Positions 48,257 to 57,526 of a stretch of 64,000 nucleotides of DNA are shown here, in pieces (position 1 is the stretch's first letter; every line of letters begins with the position of its first letter). The position numbers and the translations under genes are program-made. Source of the DNA: Hyphomonadaceae bacterium (GTDB lineage Bacteria; Pseudomonadota; Alphaproteobacteria; Caulobacterales; Hyphomonadaceae); the NCBI GenBank assembly GCA_024743315.1, contig JANSWU010000004.1:323106-387105 (forward strand), written 5' to 3'. The notes under the pieces are model-generated. The model worked only from the letters and a program-made list of their open reading frames with translations, did not search any database and was not told the origin of the DNA.

Positions 48257-49042
48257 CTAATTCCCCGACACCATGCGCCGCCGCGTCGCGCCATCGAGCG
48301 GCTCTACCACAAGCGCATTCTGGGTGATCCGAACATTGTATTTCAGTTTGTCGCCCATCGGGAAATACACGGCAGATCCGAACGGTGCCGAGCCGCCGCT
48401 GGTCTTCGAGGTCACCATGCCGGCCGACAGCCAACCTTCGTTTTCGGCGCTTTCGTCGCCCGCGCTGAGCACGCGATCAACGTCTTTCTCGACCCCGTAA
48501 TTGACCAGAGCACCATAAACATCGACGCCGAGTTCGCGATCAAACATCTCAACCTTGCCGTCATCGCTGACCCGTCGACCATAAGAGGTGGCGCGCGTCA
48601 GATCCGTCGAATTGTAGCGGCGCGCATATCGGCTCTCAATGTATTCGAGCCGATAGACGCTGTCATAGCCAAGCATCTGCTTCATTGGAGAAAACCTGAT
48701 GACCTGAGCGCTGACCTGGAACTCGTCGCCGACAAAGCCCTCCTGCCGAATGATCTCGCCGTCTGGAAGCGTCATGGTCAGTGTGTATGTATCATCGGCG
48801 CTGGCGTCTTTGTCGAAGGTGATTTCGGCGACGTCGCGCTCTTTGGTCAGCGCTTTATAGGTTTGCAGGTTGAGACCGATAAAGGTGCCAATCCCAGCCG
48901 CGCCGAGCAGGCCGATGCCGAACAGGAAGCGCAGGCCGCCAGCGGCCAATCTAAGCTTCAACAATCGCCCAAGTCCCGCAAAGCTCAAGACCAGACCGAT
49001 AACGCCCGCCAGCGCCGGCAAGATCCACCAGATCAAACCCAT
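48257..49042 (-). CDS. Conserved membrane protein (2 TM plus soluble domain)
   Basis: Two N-terminal TMs, NLQTYKALTKE, GDEFQVSAQVIR, YRLEYI. Confidence 0.75.
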   Translation of the reverse strand: MGLIWWILPALAGVIGLVLSFAGLGRLLKLRLAAGGLRFLFGIGLLGAAGIGTFIGLNLQTYKALTKERDVAEITFDKDASADDTYTLTMTLPDGEIIRQEGFVGDEFQVSAQVIRFSPMKQMLGYDSVYRLEYIESRYARRYNSTDLTRATSYGRRVSDDGKVEMFDRELGVDVYGALVNYGVEKDVDRVLSAGDESAENEGWLSAGMVTSKTSGGSAPFGSAVYFPMGDKLKYNVRITQNALVVEPLDGATRRRMVSGN

Positions 49043-49141
49043 GTGTCACCTCCTCGGACCACCCCTTACGGCCCTTTCACGACAACTATATCAGTGGCTT
49101 AGGAATTCGCGAGGGTTGAGTTGCAGGCCCAGCCGTTTGGC

Positions 49142-49591
49142 TCAGGGGCCGATCAGCCGCACTTGCTCATTGCGACCGCGCCCGACTTTGGCGCGTTCAC
49201 GCCAGCCGAGCACCATGTAAGCCTCAATCGCTGCGGTGTTCTGGATATCAACATCGAGTTGTAATGGGCGCCCAACAAAGTTCCGAGCCACTTTCAGCAA
49301 CCCACTCCCAACCCCGCAAAAGCGCCAATCTCGGTCGACAAATACATGCGGGACATAGGCTTTGCCTTGCTCCAGCGTCAGAAAACCAACCACACCAGCC
49401 TTTTTCTCAACCGCCACAAAAGCAACATTCGCCGACAGGCTCTGACGCAAGCGAATAATCTCATCTCGCTCCGGGCCGCGCCAGGGAAACGCTTTTAGGC
49501 AATCTCGAAAGATCACCTCAATGCGCGGATAGTCTTCACGTCGCCAGTGACGAACCGACCAACCCGCGCCGGGATGGGTCAAAAGGTTCAT
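49142..49591 (-). CDS. GNAT-family acetyltransferase
   Basis: VFVDRDWRFCGVGSGLL, NTAAIEAY. Confidence 0.8.
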   Translation of the reverse strand: MNLLTHPGAGWSVRHWRREDYPRIEVIFRDCLKAFPWRGPERDEIIRLRQSLSANVAFVAVEKKAGVVGFLTLEQGKAYVPHVFVDRDWRFCGVGSGLLKVARNFVGRPLQLDVDIQNTAAIEAYMVLGWRERAKVGRGRNEQVRLIGP

Positions 49592-49692
49592 ATCGACAGC
49601 GTAATCAAAACTTATGGCGAGGGAAAGGCGTTGATCGCGATAAGCGAAGGCTCTACGCCTAAGGCAATAGAAACAGTGCATTGGAGTGAGAT

Positions 49693-51765
49693 ATGGACGT
49701 TAGAATCGCCCTTGGCGGCCTATTGGCTGCCGGACTGTTTGCCGCCCCAGCGGTCGCGGACGGGCATGGCGAAGATGATAGCCGCAAGTTTACCGCCGAA
49801 CGCGTCTTCGACATTGAATATGCCTCTGACCCGCAAATCTCACCGGATGGTGAGACAATCGTCTATGTCCGGCGCTCTATGGACCGGCTCAAGGATCAGG
49901 ATCGCGGCGATCTCTGGACAATTGATGTCGATAGCGGCGCGCATCGCCCGCTAATCACCGGCGGCGCTTCGGCCGCCGCGCCGCGCTGGTCGCCGGACGG
50001 GTCGAAACTGATTTACTCCACGGCCACAGATGGCAAGCCGGACTTGCGGCTCTATTATTTCGACAGCGATCGCTCAGTCTCGCTCGGCCAATTCGAATAC
50101 GGCCCCGGAAATGCGGCCTGGTCGCCAGACGGGACCACGATCGCCTTCACCATGTTCACGCCGGGTGAAACGCCGAGCTTTGCCAAACCGATTGCCCAGC
50201 CGGAAGGCGCCGAATGGTCCGCGCCGGTTCGGGTGTTTGATGATTTGCAGTTCCGCTTTGATGGCGCTGGCTATCTCAAGGAGGGCGCAACGCATATTTA
50301 CACGCTGCCCATTGATGGCGGCACCCCGCGCCAGATTACCGATGGTGAGGCCGATTTCGGATCGCCGACCTGGCTCAACAATGATACGCTGCTCGCCGTC
50401 GGCAATGATGTCGAAGACGCCGAGCTGGATCCGATTGAAAGCGAGATCTATGCGGTCAGCCTTGGCGATCTGTCCCGCACCGCTTTGACCACGCGCGACG
50501 GACCTGATCTCAGTCCGGCGGTATCGCCCGACGGGGCGCAGATCGCGTATCTGGGTTATGATGACTTGCTTAAGTCCTACCAGCAGGCCGATCTTTACGT
50601 GATGAATGCCGATGGCAGCGACGTGACAGAACTCGCTGCAGATTTCGACCGATCTTTCAACGCGTTGGCCTGGCACCCGAACGGGCGCAGTCTGATCGCG
50701 CAGATCGAAAACGCCGGTGTCATTGACCTTGTTTCAGTTTCGATGACGGGCGAGGTCGAAACCCTGATCACCAATCTCGGTGGCACGTCGATCGGTCGAC
50801 CTTATGCGGCTGGCTCGTTTTCAGTCTCTGATACCCGCCGCCCGGTCATCGCTTATACCGCGGGCTCGCCAGATCGACCGGCCGAAATCGCGGTTTCCGG
50901 CCGCAATGTCCGCGATCGTGTCTTGACCGATTTGAACTCCGACGTGCTGGCGCATCTCGACATGGCGACGATTGAAGAGATCCAAGTCCCGTCGCGCCAT
51001 GACGGGCTGGAGATCGAAGCCTGGATCGCCCTGCCCCATGGCTTTGAAGCCGATGGCAGCGCGCCAATGATTATGGAAATCCATGGCGGTCCGTTTGCCA
51101 TGTATGGCCCTTATTTCGCCAGCGAGATCCAGCGCTTCGCGGCAGAGGGGTATGTCACGGTCTATGTCAATCCACGCGGTTCGACCGGCTATGGCGCCGA
51201 CTTCGCCATGGCCATCGACAAGGCCTATCCGGGCTATGATTATGAAGACCTGATGAGCGTCGTCGACGCGCTGATTGAACGCAATTATGTCAGCGCAGAC
51301 CGGCTCTTCGTCACGGGTGGCTCGGGTGGCGGCATTCTCACCGCCTGGATTGTTGGCAAGACGGATCGATTTGCAGCCGCCGCAACCGTCAAACCCGTGA
51401 TCAACTGGATGACCATGGCGCTGTCAGCCGACATTGCGCAATTCGTGCGGCGCCATTGGATCCGTGAGGACCCATGGGAAAACCCGGATGCTTTCCTGGA
51501 CCTCTCACCAATCATGTTGATCGAGAATGTCGTTACGCCCACCCTGGTCATGGTCGGCGAAGAAGACTGGCGCACGCCGACCTGGGAAGCCGAACAATTC
51601 TATACGGCGCTGAAACTAAAAGGTGTTGATACGGCCCTGATCCGCGTGCCGGGTTCCCCGCATTACATTGCTGGGCGGCCCTCACGCCTGATTGCCAAGA
51701 CCGATAATATCATGGGCTGGTTCGCCAAATACGATCCGGAAAAGCAGGACCAATCAGACGATTAA
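49693..51765 (+). CDS. S9-family prolyl oligopeptidase / dipeptidyl aminopeptidase
   Basis: Signal peptide, WSPDG propeller repeats, IHGGP, GGSGGG nucleophile, DWRTP, catalytic H. Confidence 0.93.
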   Translation: MDVRIALGGLLAAGLFAAPAVADGHGEDDSRKFTAERVFDIEYASDPQISPDGETIVYVRRSMDRLKDQDRGDLWTIDVDSGAHRPLITGGASAAAPRWSPDGSKLIYSTATDGKPDLRLYYFDSDRSVSLGQFEYGPGNAAWSPDGTTIAFTMFTPGETPSFAKPIAQPEGAEWSAPVRVFDDLQFRFDGAGYLKEGATHIYTLPIDGGTPRQITDGEADFGSPTWLNNDTLLAVGNDVEDAELDPIESEIYAVSLGDLSRTALTTRDGPDLSPAVSPDGAQIAYLGYDDLLKSYQQADLYVMNADGSDVTELAADFDRSFNALAWHPNGRSLIAQIENAGVIDLVSVSMTGEVETLITNLGGTSIGRPYAAGSFSVSDTRRPVIAYTAGSPDRPAEIAVSGRNVRDRVLTDLNSDVLAHLDMATIEEIQVPSRHDGLEIEAWIALPHGFEADGSAPMIMEIHGGPFAMYGPYFASEIQRFAAEGYVTVYVNPRGSTGYGADFAMAIDKAYPGYDYEDLMSVVDALIERNYVSADRLFVTGGSGGGILTAWIVGKTDRFAAAATVKPVINWMTMALSADIAQFVRRHWIREDPWENPDAFLDLSPIMLIENVVTPTLVMVGEEDWRTPTWEAEQFYTALKLKGVDTALIRVPGSPHYIAGRPSRLIAKTDNIMGWFAKYDPEKQDQSDD

Positions 51766-51771
51766 TCCATC

Positions 51772-51800
51772 AAAGCCCGCGGCCCAGGTCGCGGGCTTTT
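51772..51800. terminator. Bidirectional terminator
   Basis: aaagcccgcg / cgcgggcttt flanked by A and T runs between convergent genes. Confidence 0.8.
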
Positions 51801-51801
51801 C

Positions 51802-53835
51802 TCAAAACCGTCCATTCAATTCAAAAATCAGGATCGGCGTTTCAACGATCCGGCTGCGTTCAATTTCGACCAGACTTCCAGTCCGGTCAGGATCAAAACG
51901 CAATCTGGATTGCTTCTCGATATCATTGAACGGACGGAACACTTCCGCGCGGGCGGTCAGGCCCCAAAGGTCTTTATGCTCAACAAAAATATTGAGCCGC
52001 CCGGGTTGATCGCGGTCGGTGCGAATGGAATCAAGCCGGACATTATCGGCGGAAAGTTCAGGTGTGAATTCGAACCCCCAGGCGAGATCGGTTCCGGCAA
52101 TATCATGTCGTAATTCGAGATCGACTTCGATCAGGTCTTCGCGATTGATCGCGCGCGTTTCACCGGTCAGCGGGTCTTCAATTTCTGAATCACGGAATCC
52201 CGCAGAATATACCAGTTGCGCGCCCTCAATACCGACGGGATCAAAATTTATAGTGCCCTCAAACTCGATGCCATAGCGCGTGCCGTCATCAATATTTCCT
52301 GGCCCCTCACCATCGCCGACCGGGATTTGATCAACAATGTCTTCGAGCGCTTCGGCAAACACGAGCACATTTCCAGCTCCCCAGGCTCCGAATTGTTGTT
52401 CGAGCTCGACCTCGATCCGCCAGCTTTGCTCCGGAACAATGTCGGAATTACCAACCTGATTGTCACCATCATTGAGATCGAGCTGCGAGACAAAATCGAA
52501 AAAATCGAGCTGCCCAACGCGGCGGTTGAGCCTGGCATTCAATGTCGATGACGGTGCAAATTGCCAGCTCAGCGTCGCTCCGCCTTTCGGGCGCGTAAAG
52601 GTCCGGATTTGACCATTGGTACCGCTGGATGTGATCTCCGAAACCTCTGCGCCAAGCGAAAGCTGTAGCTGGATCGCCTCACCCAGCAGTCGTGAATAGG
52701 TCAGGAAGCCTTCCGAGCGGCTTTCTTCGACCGAAACGTCAGACTCACCGATATCAACCGCCAAGAGCTCGGCTCCAGCGAAGCTTTCAAGCAGCGTGGA
52801 CGAGCTATCGAGCGTATTCTCTGCCACCTCGAAGGAGGCTTCCCAGGATCCAGCAAATGCCTCCCATTTATATTCGGAGCGCAGAATTAGTTCTGATTCA
52901 TCGGTGACCTGGCGAAAAAAGCTGCGGTCAATCGGATCGCCGAAAGGATCGGTGCGCTCGCGCTTGCTGGTGAATGGACTGCTTCGATCTGAATAGACAC
53001 CGATCAGTTTCAAGCGGCCAGCCAGAGCATCAAACTCAACATCACCGCTCAATTCCGCGAGCGTGCTTTCGTCAATGTCCTGAATTAATTGTCGAAACGC
53101 CGGCTGATCGCTCGGGAGGCGATCCGCGCTCTCACGCTGGTCGCGCTTTTCATTGATATAATCGACATTCATGTTGGCGACCAGGCCAGAAGCGGGAGTC
53201 CATCTCAAGCCAAGGCTGCCCTCGATATCCGGGAACAGGTTCTTCTGAACCAAATCTCGGGTTTCCAAAACATTGCGATCTGGGTCGACGAAGATTTCTG
53301 TGCCTGAGCCCGCGCTCCCACGCGGTTCAATATTGACGTTGGCCGTCCAGCCGAGATTTTTTTGCTGCCCTGAAAGTGACAGCTCCCCACCGAAATAAAG
53401 CGGGGTCTGCCCGTCAATGATCCGGGCGCGATACGCCCAGGTGCCACTGATCTCATCAGCTTCAGCGATCACATTCACCACGAGTCCTGAAAGACCTGGT
53501 ATATCGAGTGAGGCGCCTTCGCGAAGTTCGATCCGTGCGACCGTCGCGGCCGGAATGCGTTCCAAAATGTCTGCCGCTGAAGAGGATTTGCTGGAAATTC
53601 GTTGGCCGTTGATCAGAACATTTTCGGTTGCTTGGCCGAGCCCGCGACTCTCGTCTTGTCCGCGTGAATCGCTGAGCCGAAACCCAGGAATCCGCTCGAC
53701 CATGTCCCTGGCATTCAATGGCGCGAATTGAGCAAAATCTTCCGGGAGGAAGATAGACTTCTGAGCGACGGGCGCCTCAGCAGTCGCCTGAAATGAGCAA
53801 GCTAGGATCAGCGAAAGAAGAGACGATCGGATCAT
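51802..53835 (-). CDS. TonB-dependent outer-membrane receptor
   Basis: Signal peptide, plug motif DMVERIPGF...NVLINGQR...VARIEL...VVNVI, C-terminal LNGRF. Confidence 0.88.
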   Translation of the reverse strand: MIRSSLLSLILACSFQATAEAPVAQKSIFLPEDFAQFAPLNARDMVERIPGFRLSDSRGQDESRGLGQATENVLINGQRISSKSSSAADILERIPAATVARIELREGASLDIPGLSGLVVNVIAEADEISGTWAYRARIIDGQTPLYFGGELSLSGQQKNLGWTANVNIEPRGSAGSGTEIFVDPDRNVLETRDLVQKNLFPDIEGSLGLRWTPASGLVANMNVDYINEKRDQRESADRLPSDQPAFRQLIQDIDESTLAELSGDVEFDALAGRLKLIGVYSDRSSPFTSKRERTDPFGDPIDRSFFRQVTDESELILRSEYKWEAFAGSWEASFEVAENTLDSSSTLLESFAGAELLAVDIGESDVSVEESRSEGFLTYSRLLGEAIQLQLSLGAEVSEITSSGTNGQIRTFTRPKGGATLSWQFAPSSTLNARLNRRVGQLDFFDFVSQLDLNDGDNQVGNSDIVPEQSWRIEVELEQQFGAWGAGNVLVFAEALEDIVDQIPVGDGEGPGNIDDGTRYGIEFEGTINFDPVGIEGAQLVYSAGFRDSEIEDPLTGETRAINREDLIEVDLELRHDIAGTDLAWGFEFTPELSADNVRLDSIRTDRDQPGRLNIFVEHKDLWGLTARAEVFRPFNDIEKQSRLRFDPDRTGSLVEIERSRIVETPILIFELNGRF

Positions 53836-53985
53836 AAGAGGCTTCGCGTGCAGATTATTAATGGGTTCGGAAAACGGTAATTCGGTCCGGTTCCGGACGG
53901 ATATATCTCAACCGTTTCTGGTTTCGACCCTATGTCTCAGTCAGCCGCAGTTTTGGCTTGGTCTCGCCGTCCGGTCAGAAACGTG

Positions 53986-55812
53986 TCAGGCGTTCGCCGC
54001 TTTGGCCGCACGTTTGCGCTCATGCGGGTCGAGATGGACTTTGCGCAGGCGAATGCTCTCAGGCGTCACTTCGACCAATTCATCATCGGCGATGTAGGCC
54101 AATGACCGCTCCAGCGTCATTTGCAGTGGTGGGGTCAGGCGTACGGCTTCGTCTGAGCCGCTGGCGCGGACATTGGTCAACTTCTTGCCTTTCAGCACAT
54201 TCACTTCGAGATCATTGTCGCGCGTATGCTCGCCAATGATCATGCCTTGATAGACCTTATCGCCAGGATGGATCATCATCGGACCACGGTCCTCAAGGTT
54301 CCACAGCGCGAACGCAACCGCTTCGCCTTTGTCCATGGCGATTAAGGTGCCGGTTCGACGACCCTGAATCTTGCCTTTGTAAGGCGCGTATTCGAGGAAG
54401 ACGCGGTTCATGATCGCGGTGCCGCGCGTGTCGGACAAGAGCTCACCTTGATAGCCGATCAAGCCGCGGGTTGGGGCATGAAAGACCATGCGTGTGCGCC
54501 CGGCGCCGGATGGTTTCATCTCAACCATTTCGGCTTTGCGCTCGGACAGTTTCTGCACCACGGCGCCGGAAAACTCATCATCAACATCGATGACCACTTC
54601 TTCCATCGGCTCGAGCCGCTCGCCGCTTTCGCTTTCCTTATAGACCACTTGTGGGCGTGAGACGCCGAGCTCGAAGCCCTCGCGGCGCATGGTCTCGATC
54701 AGAACCGCGAGCTGTAATTCGCCGCGCCCGGAGACAACAAAGGCTTCCGCTTCCGCCGACCGTTCCACTTTCAACGCGACATTGCCTTCGGCTTCTTTCT
54801 GCAAGCGGTCCCAGATCACGCGGCTGGTGACCTTGTCGCCCTCGGTGCCGGCCAACGGACTGTCATTGACGCGGAACGTCATGGACAGGGTTGGCGGATC
54901 AATCGGCTGAGCCTCGATTGGCGTATCAACACTCGGGTCGACGAATGTGTCGGCCACGTTGGCCTTTTGCAGGCCCGAAATAGAAACAATGTCGCCGGCT
55001 TCGCCGACCTCGATCGGCTCGCGCTGCAAACCGCGAAAGGCGAGGACTTTGGAGACGCGCCCGGTTTCCACTAATGAGCCATCGCGCGCGAGGACTTTGA
55101 CCGTTTGGTTCGGCTTCACGGTGCCAGAGCTGACACGGCCGGTCAGGATGCGGCCGAGGAAATTGTCAGCGCCAATCGTCGTGGCGAGCATCCGGAACGG
55201 ACCCTCTTCAACCGTCGGCTCGGGCACGTGCTGCACGACGAGGTCGAACAGTTCGGACATGTCGGTGCGCTCATCCTCATACTGCGTCGACATCCAGCCA
55301 TTCTTGGCGGAGCCGTAGAGGATCGGGAAATCGAGCTGCTCGTCATCGGCGCCAAGCGCATCGAACAGGTCAAATACCTCGTCAATCACCTCGTCCGGGC
55401 GGCGTTCCGGCTTGTCGATCTTATTGACCGCCACGATCGGACGCAGACCGATTTTGAGCGCTTTAGAGACCACGAACTTGGTCTGCGGCATCGGCCCCTC
55501 AGCGGCATCAACCAGAACAATCGCACCATCGACCATGGACAGGATGCGCTCGACCTCACCCCCAAAGTCAGCATGCCCCGGCGTGTCGACAATATTGATC
55601 CGGGTGTCACCCCAGACGACGCTGGTCGTCTTGGCGAGAATGGTAATGCCCCGCTCTTTTTCGAGATCATTGGAATCCATCATCCGCTCAGACGTGGCTT
55701 CGTTCTCGCGGAACGTGCCGGACTGTTTCAGCAGGCAGTCGACCAGGGTCGTCTTGCCATGGTCCACGTGGGCAATGATCGCAATATTGCGAAGGGAGGT
55801 TGGCTCAGTCAT
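53986..55812 (-). CDS. typA: Translational GTPase TypA/BipA
   Basis: [53 protein letters not shown]. Confidence 0.98.
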   Translation of the reverse strand: MTEPTSLRNIAIIAHVDHGKTTLVDCLLKQSGTFRENEATSERMMDSNDLEKERGITILAKTTSVVWGDTRINIVDTPGHADFGGEVERILSMVDGAIVLVDAAEGPMPQTKFVVSKALKIGLRPIVAVNKIDKPERRPDEVIDEVFDLFDALGADDEQLDFPILYGSAKNGWMSTQYEDERTDMSELFDLVVQHVPEPTVEEGPFRMLATTIGADNFLGRILTGRVSSGTVKPNQTVKVLARDGSLVETGRVSKVLAFRGLQREPIEVGEAGDIVSISGLQKANVADTFVDPSVDTPIEAQPIDPPTLSMTFRVNDSPLAGTEGDKVTSRVIWDRLQKEAEGNVALKVERSAEAEAFVVSGRGELQLAVLIETMRREGFELGVSRPQVVYKESESGERLEPMEEVVIDVDDEFSGAVVQKLSERKAEMVEMKPSGAGRTRMVFHAPTRGLIGYQGELLSDTRGTAIMNRVFLEYAPYKGKIQGRRTGTLIAMDKGEAVAFALWNLEDRGPMMIHPGDKVYQGMIIGEHTRDNDLEVNVLKGKKLTNVRASGSDEAVRLTPPLQMTLERSLAYIADDELVEVTPESIRLRKVHLDPHERKRAAKAANA

Positions 55813-55914
55813 TGGGAGGGGCTCTCAAGGCGCAAATAATCGTTGCGCGCGCCATACACGTCACCGCAAGGTTTGGCTATGGGGTGTGGACAGAATGCGA
55901 TTTTCGAAATTAGC

Positions 55915-55947
55915 TTGACTCATAATTATCAAAAATGCTAATTAGCA
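55915..55947 (+). promoter_or_regulatory. Promoter and palindromic operator of the sdpR-like gene
   Basis: TTGACT 55915-55920, GCTAAT 55937-55942, perfect palindrome TGCTAATTAGCA 55936-55947 immediately before ATG 55951; no SD. Confidence 0.6.
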
Positions 55948-55950
55948 AAT

Positions 55951-56247
55951 ATGGCAAATGAGGTTTTCAAAGCACTCGGGCATCCGCTCCGTCGTCAGGT
56001 CATGGCTCTGCTGCGCCAGGGACCGATGAGTTCCGGCGAATTGGCCGACGCCTTTGACGCCGCCTGGCCGACCGTGACCCGGCACCTCAATGTCCTCAAA
56101 GACGCCGATCTGATCACGGCTGAGCGACAGGGCACATCGATCATCTACCGCACCAATACAAGTGTGGTGGAGGATGCGGTGAGCGCGCTGCTCGGCATGA
56201 TCGGTCGCGACAATGGTGATGATGACTTAAAGGAGGCCGCAGAATGA
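55951..56247 (+). CDS. ArsR/SdpR-family repressor
   Basis: FKALGHPLRRQVM, SGELADAF, TRHLNVLKDADLI, GTSIIY. Confidence 0.92.
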   Translation: MANEVFKALGHPLRRQVMALLRQGPMSSGELADAFDAAWPTVTRHLNVLKDADLITAERQGTSIIYRTNTSVVEDAVSALLGMIGRDNGDDDLKEAAE

Positions 56248-56945
56248 TCCGCGCCGGTATGATCGTATCAGGAATAGTGCTGACCCTGATGGCGGGGGTT
56301 TCAATCTGGGCGGGCGGGCAGCTTCCGGCTGACAACATTCCGGTGCACTGGAATGCGCAAGGCGTGGCCGATCGCTTCTCCGATCGCCAAGAGGCACTGT
56401 ACCTCTTATGGCTGATCCCGGGAATGGCGGCCTTGGGCGCCGTGGTCTTCGCCATATTACCGCAAATAGAGCCTTTGCAGGGCAATCTCTTCAAGAGCCG
56501 CAAAGCCTATAATGCCGTGTGGATTTCCACCATGATCCTGTTTCTCGGCATCCATGGTGGCATCGCCTACATGATGACTCGTGGTAGCGGCGCGGATGCG
56601 CAGAGCAATGAATTTGTCCGATTGGTCATTGCTGGCACCGGCATCCTGTTCATCGTGCTCGGAAATTACCTGCCGAAGACCCGTCAGAACTGGTTTCTCG
56701 GCATCCGGACACCCTGGACCCTGTCGAGCGAATATACGTGGGAGAAAACCCATCGGCTGGCGGGCCGGCTGTTTTTCGCGACCGGGTTCATCTGCTTGAT
56801 CGGTGCGTTTGTGCTGAACGGCATCGCGCTTGCCTTCATGGTCAGCGGTTTGGCGGTCAGTTCGGCCCTGTTTTGCGTCGGCTATTCATTCTTCATCTAT
56901 CGCAAAGCGCCCGACAAACGGGTCAGCCCGGACTATATCGTCTAG
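56244..56945 (+). CDS. SdpI-family membrane protein (DUF1648 + SdpI)
   Basis: IPVHWNAQGVADRF, GNYLPKTRQNWFLGIRTPWTLSSEYTWEKTHRLAG; ATGA overlap with the repressor. Confidence 0.92.
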   Translation: MIRAGMIVSGIVLTLMAGVSIWAGGQLPADNIPVHWNAQGVADRFSDRQEALYLLWLIPGMAALGAVVFAILPQIEPLQGNLFKSRKAYNAVWISTMILFLGIHGGIAYMMTRGSGADAQSNEFVRLVIAGTGILFIVLGNYLPKTRQNWFLGIRTPWTLSSEYTWEKTHRLAGRLFFATGFICLIGAFVLNGIALAFMVSGLAVSSALFCVGYSFFIYRKAPDKRVSPDYIV

Positions 56946-57517
56946 CGCGGTGTAATCGTCTCTTCGGCCTCGAAGATCACGGCTTTGGTTGCCTCGTTAT
57001 CAATAGACTCGACCGAAACTTTTGATTGTGCCCCTGTCGACGCTTGCGCCTTATTTATGTCGCCCACCTCAACCCGGATCGCGTAAATCGCCGGTCGGTC
57101 TGTCCAGCCATCCAGGTCCGGTTCCGCGAACACGCCAATATAGTGCACACCATCACGCTCACCTCGAAAATCAATTCGCCACGCGTGGGTGCTGCCGTCC
57201 GCCATATCCTTTCGAATGGACCGCTCAGCGCCAAAGACGGAGACTCCTGCATTGCCCTCGGCGCGGAGCGTCAGCGTGCCTGAAGGATACGCTTCATACA
57301 CGGTCAGATTGAGGCTTGCCGTTTCGCCTACCGCGATGGGCGGCACGATATCATGCTCAAACCGTACGGGCGTTCCGTGCAAGGACATGGATGAGCGTTG
57401 ATCCAGGTCCGGCGCTTTTGGGGGCGGCGCGTCCGTGACTGGACCCGGCATGCACGCGGTCAACAGAGCCAAACAGCAGGCGCTCACCCATCCCTGTCTA
57501 GTCGTCCTGCGATGCAT
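56942..57517 (-). CDS. Partner lipoprotein A (beta-rich, Ig-like?)
   Basis: Lipobox LTAC; paralog of 60225-60803 (YPSGTL, VFGA, WRIDF, DGVHYI, EVGD, AEET shared). Confidence 0.8.
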   Translation of the reverse strand: MHRRTTRQGWVSACCLALLTACMPGPVTDAPPPKAPDLDQRSSMSLHGTPVRFEHDIVPPIAVGETASLNLTVYEAYPSGTLTLRAEGNAGVSVFGAERSIRKDMADGSTHAWRIDFRGERDGVHYIGVFAEPDLDGWTDRPAIYAIRVEVGDINKAQASTGAQSKVSVESIDNEATKAVIFEAEETITPR

Positions 57518-57526
57518 GGGCGCCTC

